This document shows positions 39,395 to 52,418 of a stretch of DNA of 64,000 bases, piece after piece. The DNA lies in NCBI RefSeq assembly GCF_006345805.1, contig NC_043023.1, positions 20,336,001 through 20,400,000 of the forward strand, given 5' to 3'. This DNA is from Octopus sinensis (Eukaryota). Below the pieces are notes generated by a model that was given only the letters and a program-made list of their open reading frames with translations, searched no databases and had not been told where the DNA came from. Within the stretch, counting starts at the first letter, position 1, and each line of letters opens with the position of its first letter. The position numbers and the translations under genes were made by a program.

Positions 39395-39995
39395 AGGCGG
39401 CGAGCTGGCAGAATCGTTAGCAGGCCGGGCGAAATGCGTAGCCATATTTCGTCTGCCGCTACATTCTGAGTTCAAATTCCGCCGAGGTCAACTTTGCCTT
39501 TCATCCTTTCGGGGTCGATTAAATAAGTACCAGTTACGCACTGGGGTCGATATAATCGACTTAATTCATTTGTCTGTCCTTGTTTGTCCCCTCTGCGTTT
39601 AGCCCCTTGTGGGTAGTAAAGAAAGAGGTATTTTGTCTGCCGTTACGTTCTGAGTTCAAATTCCGCCGAGGTCGACTTTGCCTTTCAACCTTTCGGGGGT
39701 CGATTAAATTAAGTACCAGTTACGCACTAGGGTCGATATAATCGACTTAATCCATTTGTCTGTCCTTGTTTGTCCCCTCTGTGTTTAACCCCTTGTGGGT
39801 AGTAAAGAAATAGATATTTCGTCTGTCGTTACATTCTGAGTTCAAATTCTGCTGAGGTTGACTTTGCCTTTCATCTTTTCGGGATCGATTAAATAAGTAC
39901 CAGTTACGCACTGGGGTTGATATAATCGACTTAATCCCTTTGTTCTTGTTTGTCCCGTCTGTGTTTAGCCCCTTGTGGGTAGTAAAGAAATAGAT
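39395..39995 (+). repeat. tRNA-headed SINE with 3 body units
   Basis: Same family and junction as 25936-27307. Confidence 0.85.
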
Positions 39996-40046
39996 ATATA
40001 TATATATATATATAAAGTAATTAAAGCTAGTTATGGCTGGTCTATG

Positions 40047-40105
40047 AGGTTAGCCAGGGTTTCACGTCCATGAAGCGCTTAGCTTTGCAACGTCTCTTCA
40101 GACCC
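40047..40105 (-). ncRNA. Degenerate hammerhead-like fold (family H6)
   Basis: GGGU-CUGAAGA-G-ACGUU...GACGU-GAAA-CCCUGGC-UA-ACCU; mismatch next to the A15.1-U16.1 pair. Confidence 0.4.
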
Positions 40106-41039
40106 TAATGGCCAGCAGTGCGTATGTGTATATATGTGTGTGTGTGTGTGTATGTATCTATATATATGTGTGTGTGTGTATATATGCATCTGTATATGTG
40201 TGTGTGTGTGTATGTGTATATATGCATCTGTATATGTGTGTGTGTATGTGTATATATGTATCTGTATATGTGTGTGTATGTGTATATATGTATCTGTATG
40301 TGTATGTGTATATATGTATCTATATGTGTGTGTGTATGTATCTATATATATATGTCTGTATGTTTATATATGTGTGTTTGTGTATATATGTATCTATGTG
40401 TGTGTGTGTGTATATATGTATGTTTATGTGTGTGTATGTGTATATATGTATCTATATGTGTGTGTATGTGTATATATGTATCTATATGTGTGTGTATGTG
40501 TATATATGTGTGTGTGTGTATGTGTATATATGTCTCTATATGTGTGTGTATATAATAAAATAGGGTAATAATAATGTGTGCGTATATATATAATCTGTGT
40601 AGTTTCTTTGTCAGACAAACAGACAATGTATAATAATGTGTACAGACGACGTCTACGTATATATACCCGCTTCTATGTGTGCGTGTGTATAAAGTGTGTG
40701 TACGTGTATCAATACGTATGTATAATTTATTAATGTATGTGTATGTGTGTCCATGTGTCGGTATAAATAATTGTTTGTTGACGATGTGTAGCGATGTACA
40801 ATAACGGCCGTCCACCCATGCCCCACCCGCCATCAGCAGTCACCATTAAACTTGGTGATGGCTCAATCGGTATCTTTTCTGGAGAACAATCGCAGATGAG
40901 GAGGAGGCTGACAGAAATAGTGGGATGGCGACCGGGGTGCGGAGGGTGGAGGTTTCTGTGTCTACCTCTGTCTTTCTTCGTCTCTCTCTCTCTAGATAGA
41001 TAGAACCTCTCTCTGTCTGACTCTCTGCCCACCTACCTA

Positions 41040-41900
41040 TCTTACCTACCTATCTATCTACACGTCTGTCCGTCTGTCTATATGTCTAGCTGTCTGTCTT
41101 TGTCTATCCTTCTGTCTATCTATCTTTCTTTCTATCTATCTATCTGTCTGTCTGTCTGTCTATATCTTTGTGTCTATCTGTCTCCGTCTATCTGTCTTTG
41201 TCTGTCTATCTATCTATTTATCTTTCTCTCTATCTATCTATCTGTCTCAGTCTATCTGTCTCTGTCTATCTGTCTCTGTCTAACTATCAATCTATCTATC
41301 TATCTATCTGTCTATCTATCTGTCTATCTATCTGTCTATCTATCTGTCTATCTATCTATCCATCTATCTGTCTCTGTCTATCTATCCATCTATCTGTCTC
41401 TGTCTGTCTATCTATCTATCTATCTATCTATCCATCCATCTATCTGTCTCTGTCTATCTATCCATCTATCTGTCTCTGTCTATCTATCCATCTATCTGTC
41501 TCTGTCTATCCATCTATCTGTCTCTGTCTATCTATCCATCTATCTGTCTCTGTCTATCTATCCATCTATCTGTCTCTGTCTATCTATCCATCTATCTGTC
41601 TCTGTCTATCCATCTATCTGTCTCTGTCTATCTATCCATCTATCTGTCTCTGTCTATCCATCTATCTGTCTCTGTCTATCTATCTATCCATCTATCTGTC
41701 TCTCTCTAGCTACCTTACTAGCTAGCTATCTGTATCTATCTATCTATCTATCTATCCGTCTCTCTCTATCCATCTGCCTTTCTCTCTATCCCTCTTAATT
41801 TATTTATCTATCTATCTCTCTCTCTTTATCTGTCTGTCTATCTATCTTTGTGTCTATATAGCTATCCATTTCCATGTATGTATATCTATGTGTCTATCTA
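41040..41900. repeat. (TCTA/TCTG)n tetranucleotide tract
   Basis: Direct inspection. Confidence 0.9.
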
Positions 41901-42899
41901 TCTGTCTGTCTATCCGTGTGTGTGTGTATTCCTGTACTCTCGGGTGAATATCTTCTCGACTGGGCTAAAAGTTGGCTGACGAAACCACTTCGTCCGGCTC
42001 CGTTTCTCTCTTCTTTCCTTTCATTGTCAAATACGGCTTTCACTATTTTACGCACACAAGACACAGAGACGGACATGGGTAGATAGGTAGAAAGAAAGAC
42101 AGAGAGAGAGAGAGAGAGAGAGATAGAAAGACAGACAGAGAGAGAGACAGACAGAGAGAGAGAGAGAAGGAGAGATAGAAAGAGATAGATAGACAGAAAG
42201 ACAGACAGAGAGAGAGAGAGAGGGAGAGATAGAGATAGGTAGAAAGACAGACAGACACAGAGAGAGAGAGAGGAGAGAGAGAGATAGGTAGATAGATAGA
42301 AAGATAGGCACAGAGAGAGAGAGATAGACAGATTTTGTATGTGATGCCAAGCATGGACAACGGACGTTAAATAATAACGGTCATTTATAGATATATATAT
42401 ATGTATGTATATATATATGTGTGTGTGTATAATATATTTTATGTGTGTGTATATATATATATATATTTATATATACACACACATATATATGTATATATAT
42501 ATATAATTGATACATATGTCAGTATGTTCTCCATTCACCCTGTCTCTCTCTCTCTCACACACGCACAAACTGTCTTTCTTTTTTTCTCTTTCTCACACGC
42601 ACAAACTTTCTCCCTTTCTCACTCTCTCCCCTTTCTTTCTCTCTCTCTCCCCTTTTTCTCCTTCTCTTTCCCCTTTCTCTCCTTCTCTTTCCCCTTTCTC
42701 TCCTTCTCTCTCCTTTTTCTCTCTCCTCTTTCTTTCTTTCTCTCTCTCTCCCCCTTTCTCTCCTTCTCTTTCCTCTTTCTCTCTCTCTCTCACACAAACT
42801 GTCTTTGTTTCTCTCTCTCCCCTTTCTCTCCTTCTCTCTCTCTCTACCATGACTCATTCTGCTGCTACAGTTTTTCTTTTGACAGCCATGTCATGTCTC

Positions 42900-43114
42900 T
42901 ACTACTACACCACCAACAACAACCACTACTACTACACATACTGTTGCAGCCACCGCAGGTTGTGGAGGCGGTGGTGTTGTGTTGTAGCACTTCTGTTGCC
43001 GCAGCTGTTTGTAAACTCCGCTACAATACCGGTGCACACCGCCGCCACCGCCACCACCACCACCTCAGCTGTTCTCCAATACAGCTGTTGCTACTATCGG
43101 CATTGCTGCTGCTG

Positions 43115-43149
<35 letters not shown>

Positions 43150-43940
43150 GTTCTTACTACAACCTCGCAGCTTCACAGCGCCACTACTGCAGTTTCTACT
43201 ACATCACTCTTTCTACCGCCACTACTTCCACTACTACTTACCACCACCACAACCTCCACTGCTACTATTACCACCACTACTACTACCATTACCTTCGCAA
43301 CCACTACCACAACAACCACCAGAACCACCAGAACCACCACCGCTACTATTACCACCACTACTACCACTACCTTCGCAACCACTACCACAACGCCACCAGA
43401 ACCACTACTACTACCACCACAACCACCACCGCTACTATTACCACCACTACTACCATTACCTTCGCAACCACTACCACAACAACCACCAGAACCACTACTA
43501 CTACCAACACAACCACCACCGCTACTATTACCACTACTACTACTACTACTACAACCATCACCGCCACCACTTCCACTACTACTACCACCACAACCACCAC
43601 CGCTACTATTACCACTACTACCACTACCACCGCAACCACCACCGCTACTACCACCATCACTATCATTACTACTACCACTACTTCAACCACCATCACCACT
43701 ACTGCTACTACTACTACTACTACCACAATCATTACTACTACCACTACTTCAACCACCACCAAAACCCCTACTACCACCACAACCATCACTATTGCCACCA
43801 CCACCACTATCACCGTCACTACCACCACTACTACTACCCCCACTACAGCAACTACTACAACTACCACCACCATCACTATTACAACTACCACCACCACTAC
43901 CATCGCCACCACAGCTACTACTACTACTACTACACTACTC
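42900..43940. repeat. (ACT/CAC)n trinucleotide tract
   Basis: Direct inspection; source of spurious long ORFs. Confidence 0.9.
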
Positions 43941-46218
43941 CCTCGACAACACCACCATCCCTGCACTGTCTCTCCTTCCACATTCCTATATTTTCCCCCT
44001 CTCCTATCCCCCCACCATTGCTGTTGCCTCTCTTTCACTATTTGTACTCCTCTCTCTCTCTCCCCCTCTCTCACTGTCTTACACTTCTCTTCCCCTCCCC
44101 CCCCTCTCTCTCTCTTGTAGTCCTATAGTCATTTTTTTTTTCACTTTTGGCAAAGATCTGAAATTTTGATGGAGGGGGTTAAGTTGATTACATCGACCCC
44201 TTAGGGATAAACTGGGGCTTACTTTATCGACCTCAGTGGAATTTGAACTCAGAATGCAAAAACCGATGAAGCGCAGCTAAGCATTTCACCCAGTGTGCTA
44301 ACGATTCTGCCAGCTCTCTGCCTTAATAATGATAATAATTAAGGGCTGACAAAAATTAATTATAACATAAAGGGACAAAACACAGGACAAAAGGTTACAA
44401 AGGGTTTTGTCCGTTTCGAAAATCCGTGTAAAAAACAGTATAACAAGGAAAATATTTAACAATGATAAACTCCCAATAGGGGGAGGTGTTTTGAAATGTT
44501 CCTGGTGGAAAAAACCCATAAAAGCCAACAGGAGCCTGGTCAAAAAAGGGGTTGAGAGCCCCTTTCTCCTTTTATATTTCCTTTTAATTTTTCACAGGTG
44601 AATCCTCAGAGTGGGTCCTTTCATACTTGCCATTCTTGCGACAATGATAATAATAATAATAATAATAAATGCCCTGATGCAGTACCAGGCAGTGGCTCTC
44701 ATGGCTTTTGATCTTTAACCGATTGGAAGTGTTATCATGTACATTTTGTCTCAGAGGCCCAACTTTCTGAGTTAGAAAACCTGAAAGGCCACTGCAACAA
44801 GTGTAAATCTGAGAGGGGAATATGTTGCATAAAATCATAATTAACTGATCTTGTATTTTTTTTTTTTTTACCTAAAGTCAGGAACCTTTCAGCAGCCCCT
44901 CAAATCTATATTCATAAATGTGTAATGGTGTTTGTCTGTGTGGTGTGTTTGGGGTTACTCGAACTCCTCCCACACCGTCCAACCGATTCCAATGATTTTT
45001 GGCACATAGGTAGATCACATGCCCTCAAGTTCAAATAAGGCTGGAATTTTTTGAAAACTCTATAATGCTCAGTTGGCATCTATTTTTGTGAGCTCAATCG
45101 GGAGTTTGAATGGAAATTCCCATAATGGTGTTATTTTTCCTGCAGCTTTTGCATTTTTTCATCTGTAAAATTCCAACAAAATTGATAGAATAGTCTCTAA
45201 GGAAATGCTTGTGGCACATAAAAAACACCATCCGAGCATGGCCGTTCGCCAGCCTCGTCTGGCACCTGTGTCGGTGGCACATAAAATCACCCACTACACT
45301 CTCGGAGTGGTTGGCATTAGGAAGGGCATCCAGCTGTAGAAACACTGCCAGATCTGACTGGTCTGGTGCAGCCTTCGGGCTTCCCAGACCCCAGTTGAAC
45401 CATCCAACCCATGCTAGCATGGAAAGCGGACGTTAAACGATGATGATGATGATGAGTACAAGGTCAGAGGTGGGCTTAACTTCAAGCTGGAAAACACGAG
45501 CAACACCAGGTCCAACAGCTAGTATTTACATATATCCCTACACAGTTTTTTCTCTCTCCCTCTCTCCATTTCTTTTTGCTTGCTCTTCACTTTTCCGCCT
45601 CGCTATCCTTTCCGTCAAAGAGCTTCTGCTCAAAACATGAAAGACTTCTCCGTTCCTCCTGAGCGTTAAACTATTCCCTCACCTGTCCTTGTCTTTTGCT
45701 TCCTGTAAATTTGAACTTTCCATGTGTGACTGTGTGGTTAGAAGCTTGCTTTCCAACCGCATGGTTCCAGGTTCAGTCCCACCGTGTGGTACCTTGGGCC
45801 TCCTAATATAGCATCAGACTGACCAAAGCCTTGTGAGTGGATTTGGTAGATGGAAACTGAAAGAAGCCTGTCACGTGTGTGTGTATATATATATGTGTGT
45901 GTGTGTGTCCCCTCACTGCTTGACAACTGGTGCTGATGTGTTTATATCCCTATAACTTAGCAGTTCAGCACAAGATATTGATAAAATAAGTACTAGGCTT
46001 TAAGAAATAAGTTCCGGGGTCAATTCATTTGACTAAAATTTCAAAGTGGTGCCCCAGTATGGCCGCAGTCAAATGATTGAAGCAAATAGAAGGTAAAAGA
46101 TATATATATAGGAGTGGCTGTGTGGTAAGTAGCTTGGGCAAGTGTCTTCTGCTATAGCCTCGGGCCGACCAATGCCTTGTGAGTGGATTTGGTAGACGGA
46201 AACTGAAAGAAACCCGTC

Positions 46219-46253
<35 letters not shown>

Positions 46254-46683
46254 ATATATATTATATATATATATATGTGTGTATGTGTTTGTCTCCCCCA
46301 ACATCGCTTGACAACCGATGCTGGTGTGTTTATGTCCCCGTAACTTAGCAGTTCGGCAAAAGAGACCGATAGAATAAGTACTAGGCTTACAAAGAATAAG
46401 TCCCTGGGTCGATTTGCTCGACTAAAAGGTGGTGCTCCAGCATGGCCGCAGTCAAATGACTGAAACAAGTAAAAGAGAATATATATATATATATAATAGA
46501 AGATAAAAGATATATAGATATATAAATATTCTTTAACTAATTTTTAGAATTCCTATCTGAGCAGTTATTTCAACCCATGGGAAAATGATTATCATATTTC
46601 TTCAGCAATACGACATTACGTCTTATTGCCAGCTACCGCAAATTGGTGCTACCATTTGAAAATGGTTACACGCTACACTCTAA

Positions 46684-48810
46684 TCATCATTATCATCATT
46701 GTTCGACCGTGGTCGAGACAATGGAATTTACCATGCTACGCCAGACTTCACGGTCCATCTTGGCATTACGGAGGTCCTGTTGCTGGATGCCTGTATCCCT
46801 GGAGATTACATCAGGGTAGGAGAGTGTGTGGCCTCTGGTATCGCGAGCAGATGGCTTCCAGAGGAGAAGAGTAGAAATTACCTCTTTTCCGCTCTACAAC
46901 AATGTCCAGCAAACTGGACTCTTCTACCTTTCACAAGAGATGACCCAGGTGGTAGTTTCCCATATATTTGCATTTTGGTTGGATGGTGCCTCCACGAGAG
47001 ATTTTGAGCTCTCATAAGGAGGCGAGTGTAGGTTCCATCCAACCGCCTCTCAAGCTTCTTTGATAACGTCCAGGTTTCTGAGCCATAGAGTAGAATTGGT
47101 TCGATTGTGGCTTTGAAGATTTGATAGATAGATAGTTAGATCATCATCATCATTGTTCGACCATGGTCGAGACAATGGAATTTACCATGTTGCGCCAGAC
47201 TTCACGGTCCATCATGGCATTACGGAGGTCCTGTTGCTGGATGCTTGTATCCCTGGATATTACATCAGGGTAGGAGAGTGTGCGCCCTCTGGTGTTGCGA
47301 GCAGATGGCTTCCAGAGGAGAAGAGTAGAAATTACCTTGTTTTCAGCTCTACAACAATGTCCAGCAAACTGGACTCTTCTACCTTTCACAAGAGATGACA
47401 CAGGTGGTAGTTTCCCATATATTTGCATTTTAGTTGGATGGCGCTTCCACGAGAGATTTTGAGCTCTCATAAGGAGGCGAGTGTAAGTTCCATCCAACCG
47501 CCTCTCAAGCTTCTTTGATAACGTCCAGGTTTCTGAGCCATAGAGTAGAATTGGTTCGATTGTGGCTTTGAAGATTTGATAGATAGATAGTTAGATCATC
47601 ATCATCATTGTTCGACCGTGGTCGAGACAATGGAATTTACCATGCTACGCCAGACTTCACGGTCCATCATAGCATCACGGAGGTCCTGTTGCTGGATGCC
47701 TGTATCCCTGGATATTACATCAGGGTAGGAGAGTGTGCGCCCTCTGGTATTGCGAGTAGATGGCTTCCAGAGGAGAAGAGTAGAAATTACCTTGTTTTCA
47801 GCTCTACAACAATGTCCAGCAAACTGGACTCTCCTACCTTTCACAAGAGATGACACAGGTGGCAGTTTCCCATATATTTGCATTTTAGTTGGATGGCGCT
47901 TCCACGAGAGATTTTGAGCTCTCATAAGGAGGCGAGTGTAAGTTCCATCCAACCGCCTCTCAAGCTTCTTTGATAACGTCCAGGTTTCTGAGCCATAGAG
48001 TAGAATTGGTTCGATTGTGGCTTTGAAGATTTGATAGATAGATAGTTAGATCATCATCATCATTGTTCGACCATGGTCGAGACAATGGAATTTACCATGC
48101 TACGCCAGACTTCACGGTCCATCATAGCATCACGGAGGTCCTGTTGCTTGATGCCTGTATCCCTGGAGATTACATCAGGGTAGGAGAGTGTGCGCCCTCT
48201 GGTATTGCGAGTAGATGGCTTCCAGAGGAGAAGAGTAGAAATTACCTTGTTTTCAGCTCTACAACAATGTCCAGCAAACTGGACTCTTCTACCTTTCACA
48301 AGAGATGACACAGGTGGCAGTTTCCCATATATTTGCATTTTGGTTGGATGGCGCCTCCACGAGAGATTTTGCGCTCTCATAAGGAGGCGAGTGTAGGTTC
48401 CATCCAACCGCCTCTCGAGCTTCTTTGATAACGTCCAGGTTTCTGAGCCATAGAGTAGGATTGGTTCGACTGTGGCTTTGAAGATTTCAAGTTTGAAGTC
48501 TCTACTTAGATTTGATGACCAGATCTTATGCATGTCATTACAGGCTGACCAGGCCATACCCTTTATAATTAGAAAATCTTTTTCAGATGATGAAGTTCCA
48601 TCCAACCGCCTCTCAAGCTTCTTTGATAACGTCCAGGTTTCTGAGCCATAGAGTAGAATTGGTTCGACTGTGGCTTTGAAGATTTCAAGTTAGAAGTCTC
48701 TACTTAGATTTGATGACCAGATCTTATGCATATCATTACAGGCTGACCAGGCCATACCCTTTCTAGTTAGAAAATCTTTTTCAGATGATGAAGATCCATC
48801 CAACTGCCTC
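46684..48810 (-). mobile_element. Tandem array of LINE 3' ends (RTE-like RT C-terminus + (TGA)n tail), 455-bp period
   Basis: Stops at 47150, 47605 and 48060. Translation LLYGSETWTLSKKLERRLDGTY...AMMDREVW. Additional ~198-bp duplication at 48400-48800. Confidence 0.9.
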
Positions 48811-49023
48811 TCTAAACCACATCATAAGTTCCTTGCGTCCCACAATTCCCACCCACCCAGTAAATCTCATACATGCCCCACAATTCCTAAGCACCATACA
48901 AATCTCCTGTATCTCACAATATATGTGTGTCTGTGTTTTATATCTGTGATGCTTATATTTTACTCCACCAGCACAATGTGGCCCTCCAGTTAAATCTCTT
49001 TTTTCTCTCTCTCTCTTTTTCAG

Positions 49024-49185
49024 AAAACCAGAAAAGGGGCTACGGTTCCTCATTGAGCATGGTTTTGTCGACCATTTACCGGCAAATATTGCCAAATTCC
49101 TGCTTACACGCAAAGGACTCAGCAAACAGATGATTGGAGAGTACCTAGGAAATTTGCAGAATCCATTAAACCAAGAAGTTTTAGA
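49024..49185 (+). CDS. IQSEC1: IQSEC Sec7 exon (162 nt, phase 2-2): KPEKGLRFLIEHGFVDHLPANIAKFLLTRKGLSKQMIGEYLGNLQNPLNQEVL
   Basis: Pyrimidine tract + CAG acceptor (49021-49023) and GA|GTGAGT donor. Joins the previous exon as LNLFNK-KPEKG, the Sec7 N-terminus. Confidence 0.95.
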
Positions 49186-49599
49186 GTGAGTATTGTTTAG
49201 TTGGTTGGCCCTTAATTGAGGTTTTGTTTCAGTCTGCAGAGTGGTTGGTGTTATGAAGGGCAGGCTTCAGCCTGGCCGGTTCTTGTGAAACCATCCCACC
49301 CATGCTAGCATGGAAGGCAGACGTTGGAGTGGTTGGCGCTAGGAAGGGCATCCAGCTGTAGAAAGTTTGCCAGATCAGATTAGAAACTGGTGCAGCCTTC
49401 TGGCTCACCAGCCCTCAGTCAAACCATCCAACCCATGCCAGCATGGAAAGCGGATGTTTAACGATGATGGTGGTGTGTTGGGTGTTGGAGTTTATATGAT
49501 TAAGGATGTGGGTTAGGGTTTTTAGAGAAGGGGGGGACGGTTGATGATTTGTGGGGATGTATGCGGGTTTTGCGGTGATGTGTGTGGGATTCGTGGGCT

Positions 49600-50100
49600 G
49601 TGATGGATCTGTGGTGTCTGGGAATTCTGGGATTGCAAGAGATATGTGGGAATTGTGAGATACAGGATATTTGTAGGACATGTAGGGGAATTGTGGGATG
49701 CAAGTAATTTGTGGGACATGTAGGGGAATTGTAGGATGCAAGAGATTTGTGGGACTTGTGGGGAATTGTAGGATGCAAGAGATTTGTGGGGGAATTGTGG
49801 GATGCAAGTAATTTGTGTGACATGTGGGGGAATTGTAGGATGCAAGAGGTTTGTGGGACATGTGGGGGAATTGTGGGATGGAAACAATTTGTGAGGTACA
49901 TGTGGGAATTGTAGGTAGGATGCAAGAAATTCGTGGGACGTGTGGGAATTGTGGGATGCCGGATATTTGTGTGGTGCCCAGGAATTGTGGGGTATGTATG
50001 AGATTTGTTGGGCGGTTGGGAATTGTGGGATATAAGGAATTTATGATGCGGTTTAGAGCTTTAGGAGGTGGGACGGGATTTTGGAAGCTAGAATTTTTTA
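49600..50100 (+). repeat. G-rich minisatellite (GGGAATTGTGGGATGCAAG...)
   Basis: Units of about 35 bp with recurrent GGG runs. Confidence 0.8.
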
Positions 50101-50902
50101 GTTGAGATGTGTGGGAATTGAGCTGAAGTGTTTGTGGTGGGATTGTGTAGGTCGAAGAAGGAATGGGGGAGGGTTGTTTTGCAGCTGTTGCTCTTTATCT
50201 ATGTACACAAAGTACTTTTATTATTATAACTTTATAATAATAGCAATAATGATAATAATAACTCCATAAATCTACTTTCAAACAACCGCAACAGCGCCAC
50301 CTGCTGTGTTTTGTCGTTGCTAGAAATAGCAGTGAAATTACATAGTAGGATATTAACAGAAGAAGGACTTATTAGACAATGTGACTGTGGTTGTAGGGAG
50401 GTCACAGCTGGGTCAGCACCTGTTGATCAATGACAGGTCCAGTGGATCAGAGATGACCTGGGGCTAAATAACAGCAACAACACTGACTTATATAACATAT
50501 ACACACACACACCCATGCACATACACTCACACATACACTCACACACACAAAATGCACACATACGCTCAGGCACATACACACTCACACATGTACACACTTG
50601 CAAGCACACATATACAAACACACACACACACAACACACACAGATACATATACACTATCAAACACACACATTGTCCTATATGCATGCACACACACACACAC
50701 GCACACACGCACAATCCAAGCCCCCCTCCCCACTCGCTCCACCACACACACACTGCTTCCCCGCTCCCACACCCTCCTCTCCATACACACATGGCCCTCC
50801 CATCCACCCCACCTCCCACAAGTATGTCGATGCACACCTGGTGCTGTCATTAGAGAATCACAAGGAACAGATGGTGCTGATAACTATGATCCTGATAATA
50901 AC

Positions 50903-51510
50903 TAATTCTTTTATTGGCCTCAAGGGCTGACAAAAATTAATTATAAAATAAAGGGACAAAACACAGGATGAAAGTTACAAAGGGTTTTGTCCGTTTGAAA
51001 AAGGTCCGTGTACAAAAACAGGATAACAAGGAAAATATTTAACAATGATAAACTCCCAATAGGGGGAAGCGCTTTGAAAGGTTCCTGGTGGTAAAAACCC
51101 ATAAAAGCCAACGGGAGCCTGGTCAAAAGGGGGGGTAGAGAGCCCCTTTCTCCTTTTGTAATACCTTTTTAAATCACAGGTGTATCCTCAGAATGGGTCC
51201 TTTCACACTGGCCCTTCTTGCACAATTCACACACCTTTCAGAAAACTTGCTATCGGACAGCACTTCCCTCTCTACTCTCATCTTCCTTTCCAAGTGAAAC
51301 TTGAAAAAGTTGATGAGGCCTGGGCCAAAGAGGAAAGTGTCTGACTTTAGCCCTTTCAAATGGGTCTACCATACAACCTCTTTCGCCAGAGCCACTAGGC
51401 ACAGGAAAACTGCCTTGCCCTCCCGGTTAAAGGAGGTCGGCGAGGCAATCTTCACTATGGATTCAGCTGATAGCCAGATCCGTCCTATACGCGACAGCCA
51501 CAAGGGATGA
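50903..51510 (-). mobile_element. L1/Tx1-like LINE 3' end with UTR
   Basis: Translation VFLCLVALAKEVVW*THLKG...INFFKFHLERKMRVER; in-frame stop. Confidence 0.65.
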
Positions 51511-51978
51511 CATACAACAACAAAAAAGACAAAAACAGGATGATAAAATGGGTTTTACGGCGTGTAGACAAAACATAAAAAATTAGAAAATTACTATTTT
51601 TAAATCTCACAACATGAGATATTCAGCAACAGTACTTTGGAGTAAAGACTGTTTGCCAACATAACATGGCAGTCCTGGTTTAGGACGAATGTTGCTGTAA
51701 TTTAGCCCCAGGAGACATCGTCTCCAGCTGGCTATACAGCACGATCAGTGTCCTTATATTTTCAAACAAGGGAATCTAGCACCCCCACTCAGCCCAAAAC
51801 AATATCTGTGTATCGCGATTTCCGGGTTATTTCCCTTCATCAGCACAGAATGACTGTTCGGCTAGAGGTGAATTCTTTATTATGATTATAAAAATTGATA
51901 CAAAGATTAGGACATTACAGGACAGAACACAATTACAAAAAAGTTATACAGTCCGAATGATATTTAAAAAATTTAAGA

Positions 51979-52418
51979 TCTCTATCTCTGTATATATATA
52001 AACAGCAGTTTGTCTGTCTGTGTGTCTGTCAGGTTGTACCCTCACCCTGACCACGGCTTTCAACCGATTCTGATGAAACTTGACACACACATAGCCCAAT
52101 GTCATAATTCAAAACTAACGCAGCGAAAATTTTGAAAAGTTTCCCCAGTTCTGAAAAAAATCGATAAATTCGACATGGGGTCGAGAATCTAAGCTTTTTA
52201 TATGCAACACATTTTCTGTCTAGGGGACACAACTCGACCTTTTTATCTCCCAAAAGGACAGCTAGGAACATCGTATACACAGAAGTATTCGAGTGAAGAG
52301 AAGACATTGCAACCTACACATGCGCCTTCGTTCCCTAGAGGGAAAGGACTAGATTGGGATTAGTCGTTGCCTACTAGGGGCTCTTACATACCCGGGCAAC
52401 GCCGGGCTATGCTGCTAG
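51979..52418 (+). mobile_element. Non-autonomous Helitron (different interior)
   Basis: TC start; GCAACGCCGGGCTATGCTGCTAG|T end. Confidence 0.75.

Larger units (their letters stand above)
2310..49023 (+). other. 46.7-kb intron of the IQSEC gene, filled with repeats
   Basis: GT..AG boundaries join the flanking exons in frame (AA|A = Lys). No further host exon was recognised inside. Confidence 0.85.

Noticed and set aside
41930-42060. Non-repetitive island containing CTGACGA and short ORFs
   Set aside because: No compatible stem II/GAAA/stem I arrangement, and no recognisable protein or in-frame splice sites.
42401-44128. 575-aa and 537-aa ORFs
   Set aside because: They are translations of CT and ACT/CAC microsatellites, open in several frames, with no domain or splice support.
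46699-48396. Plus-strand repeated 60-100 aa ORFs
   Set aside because: They are antisense shadows of the tandem LINE 3' ends.
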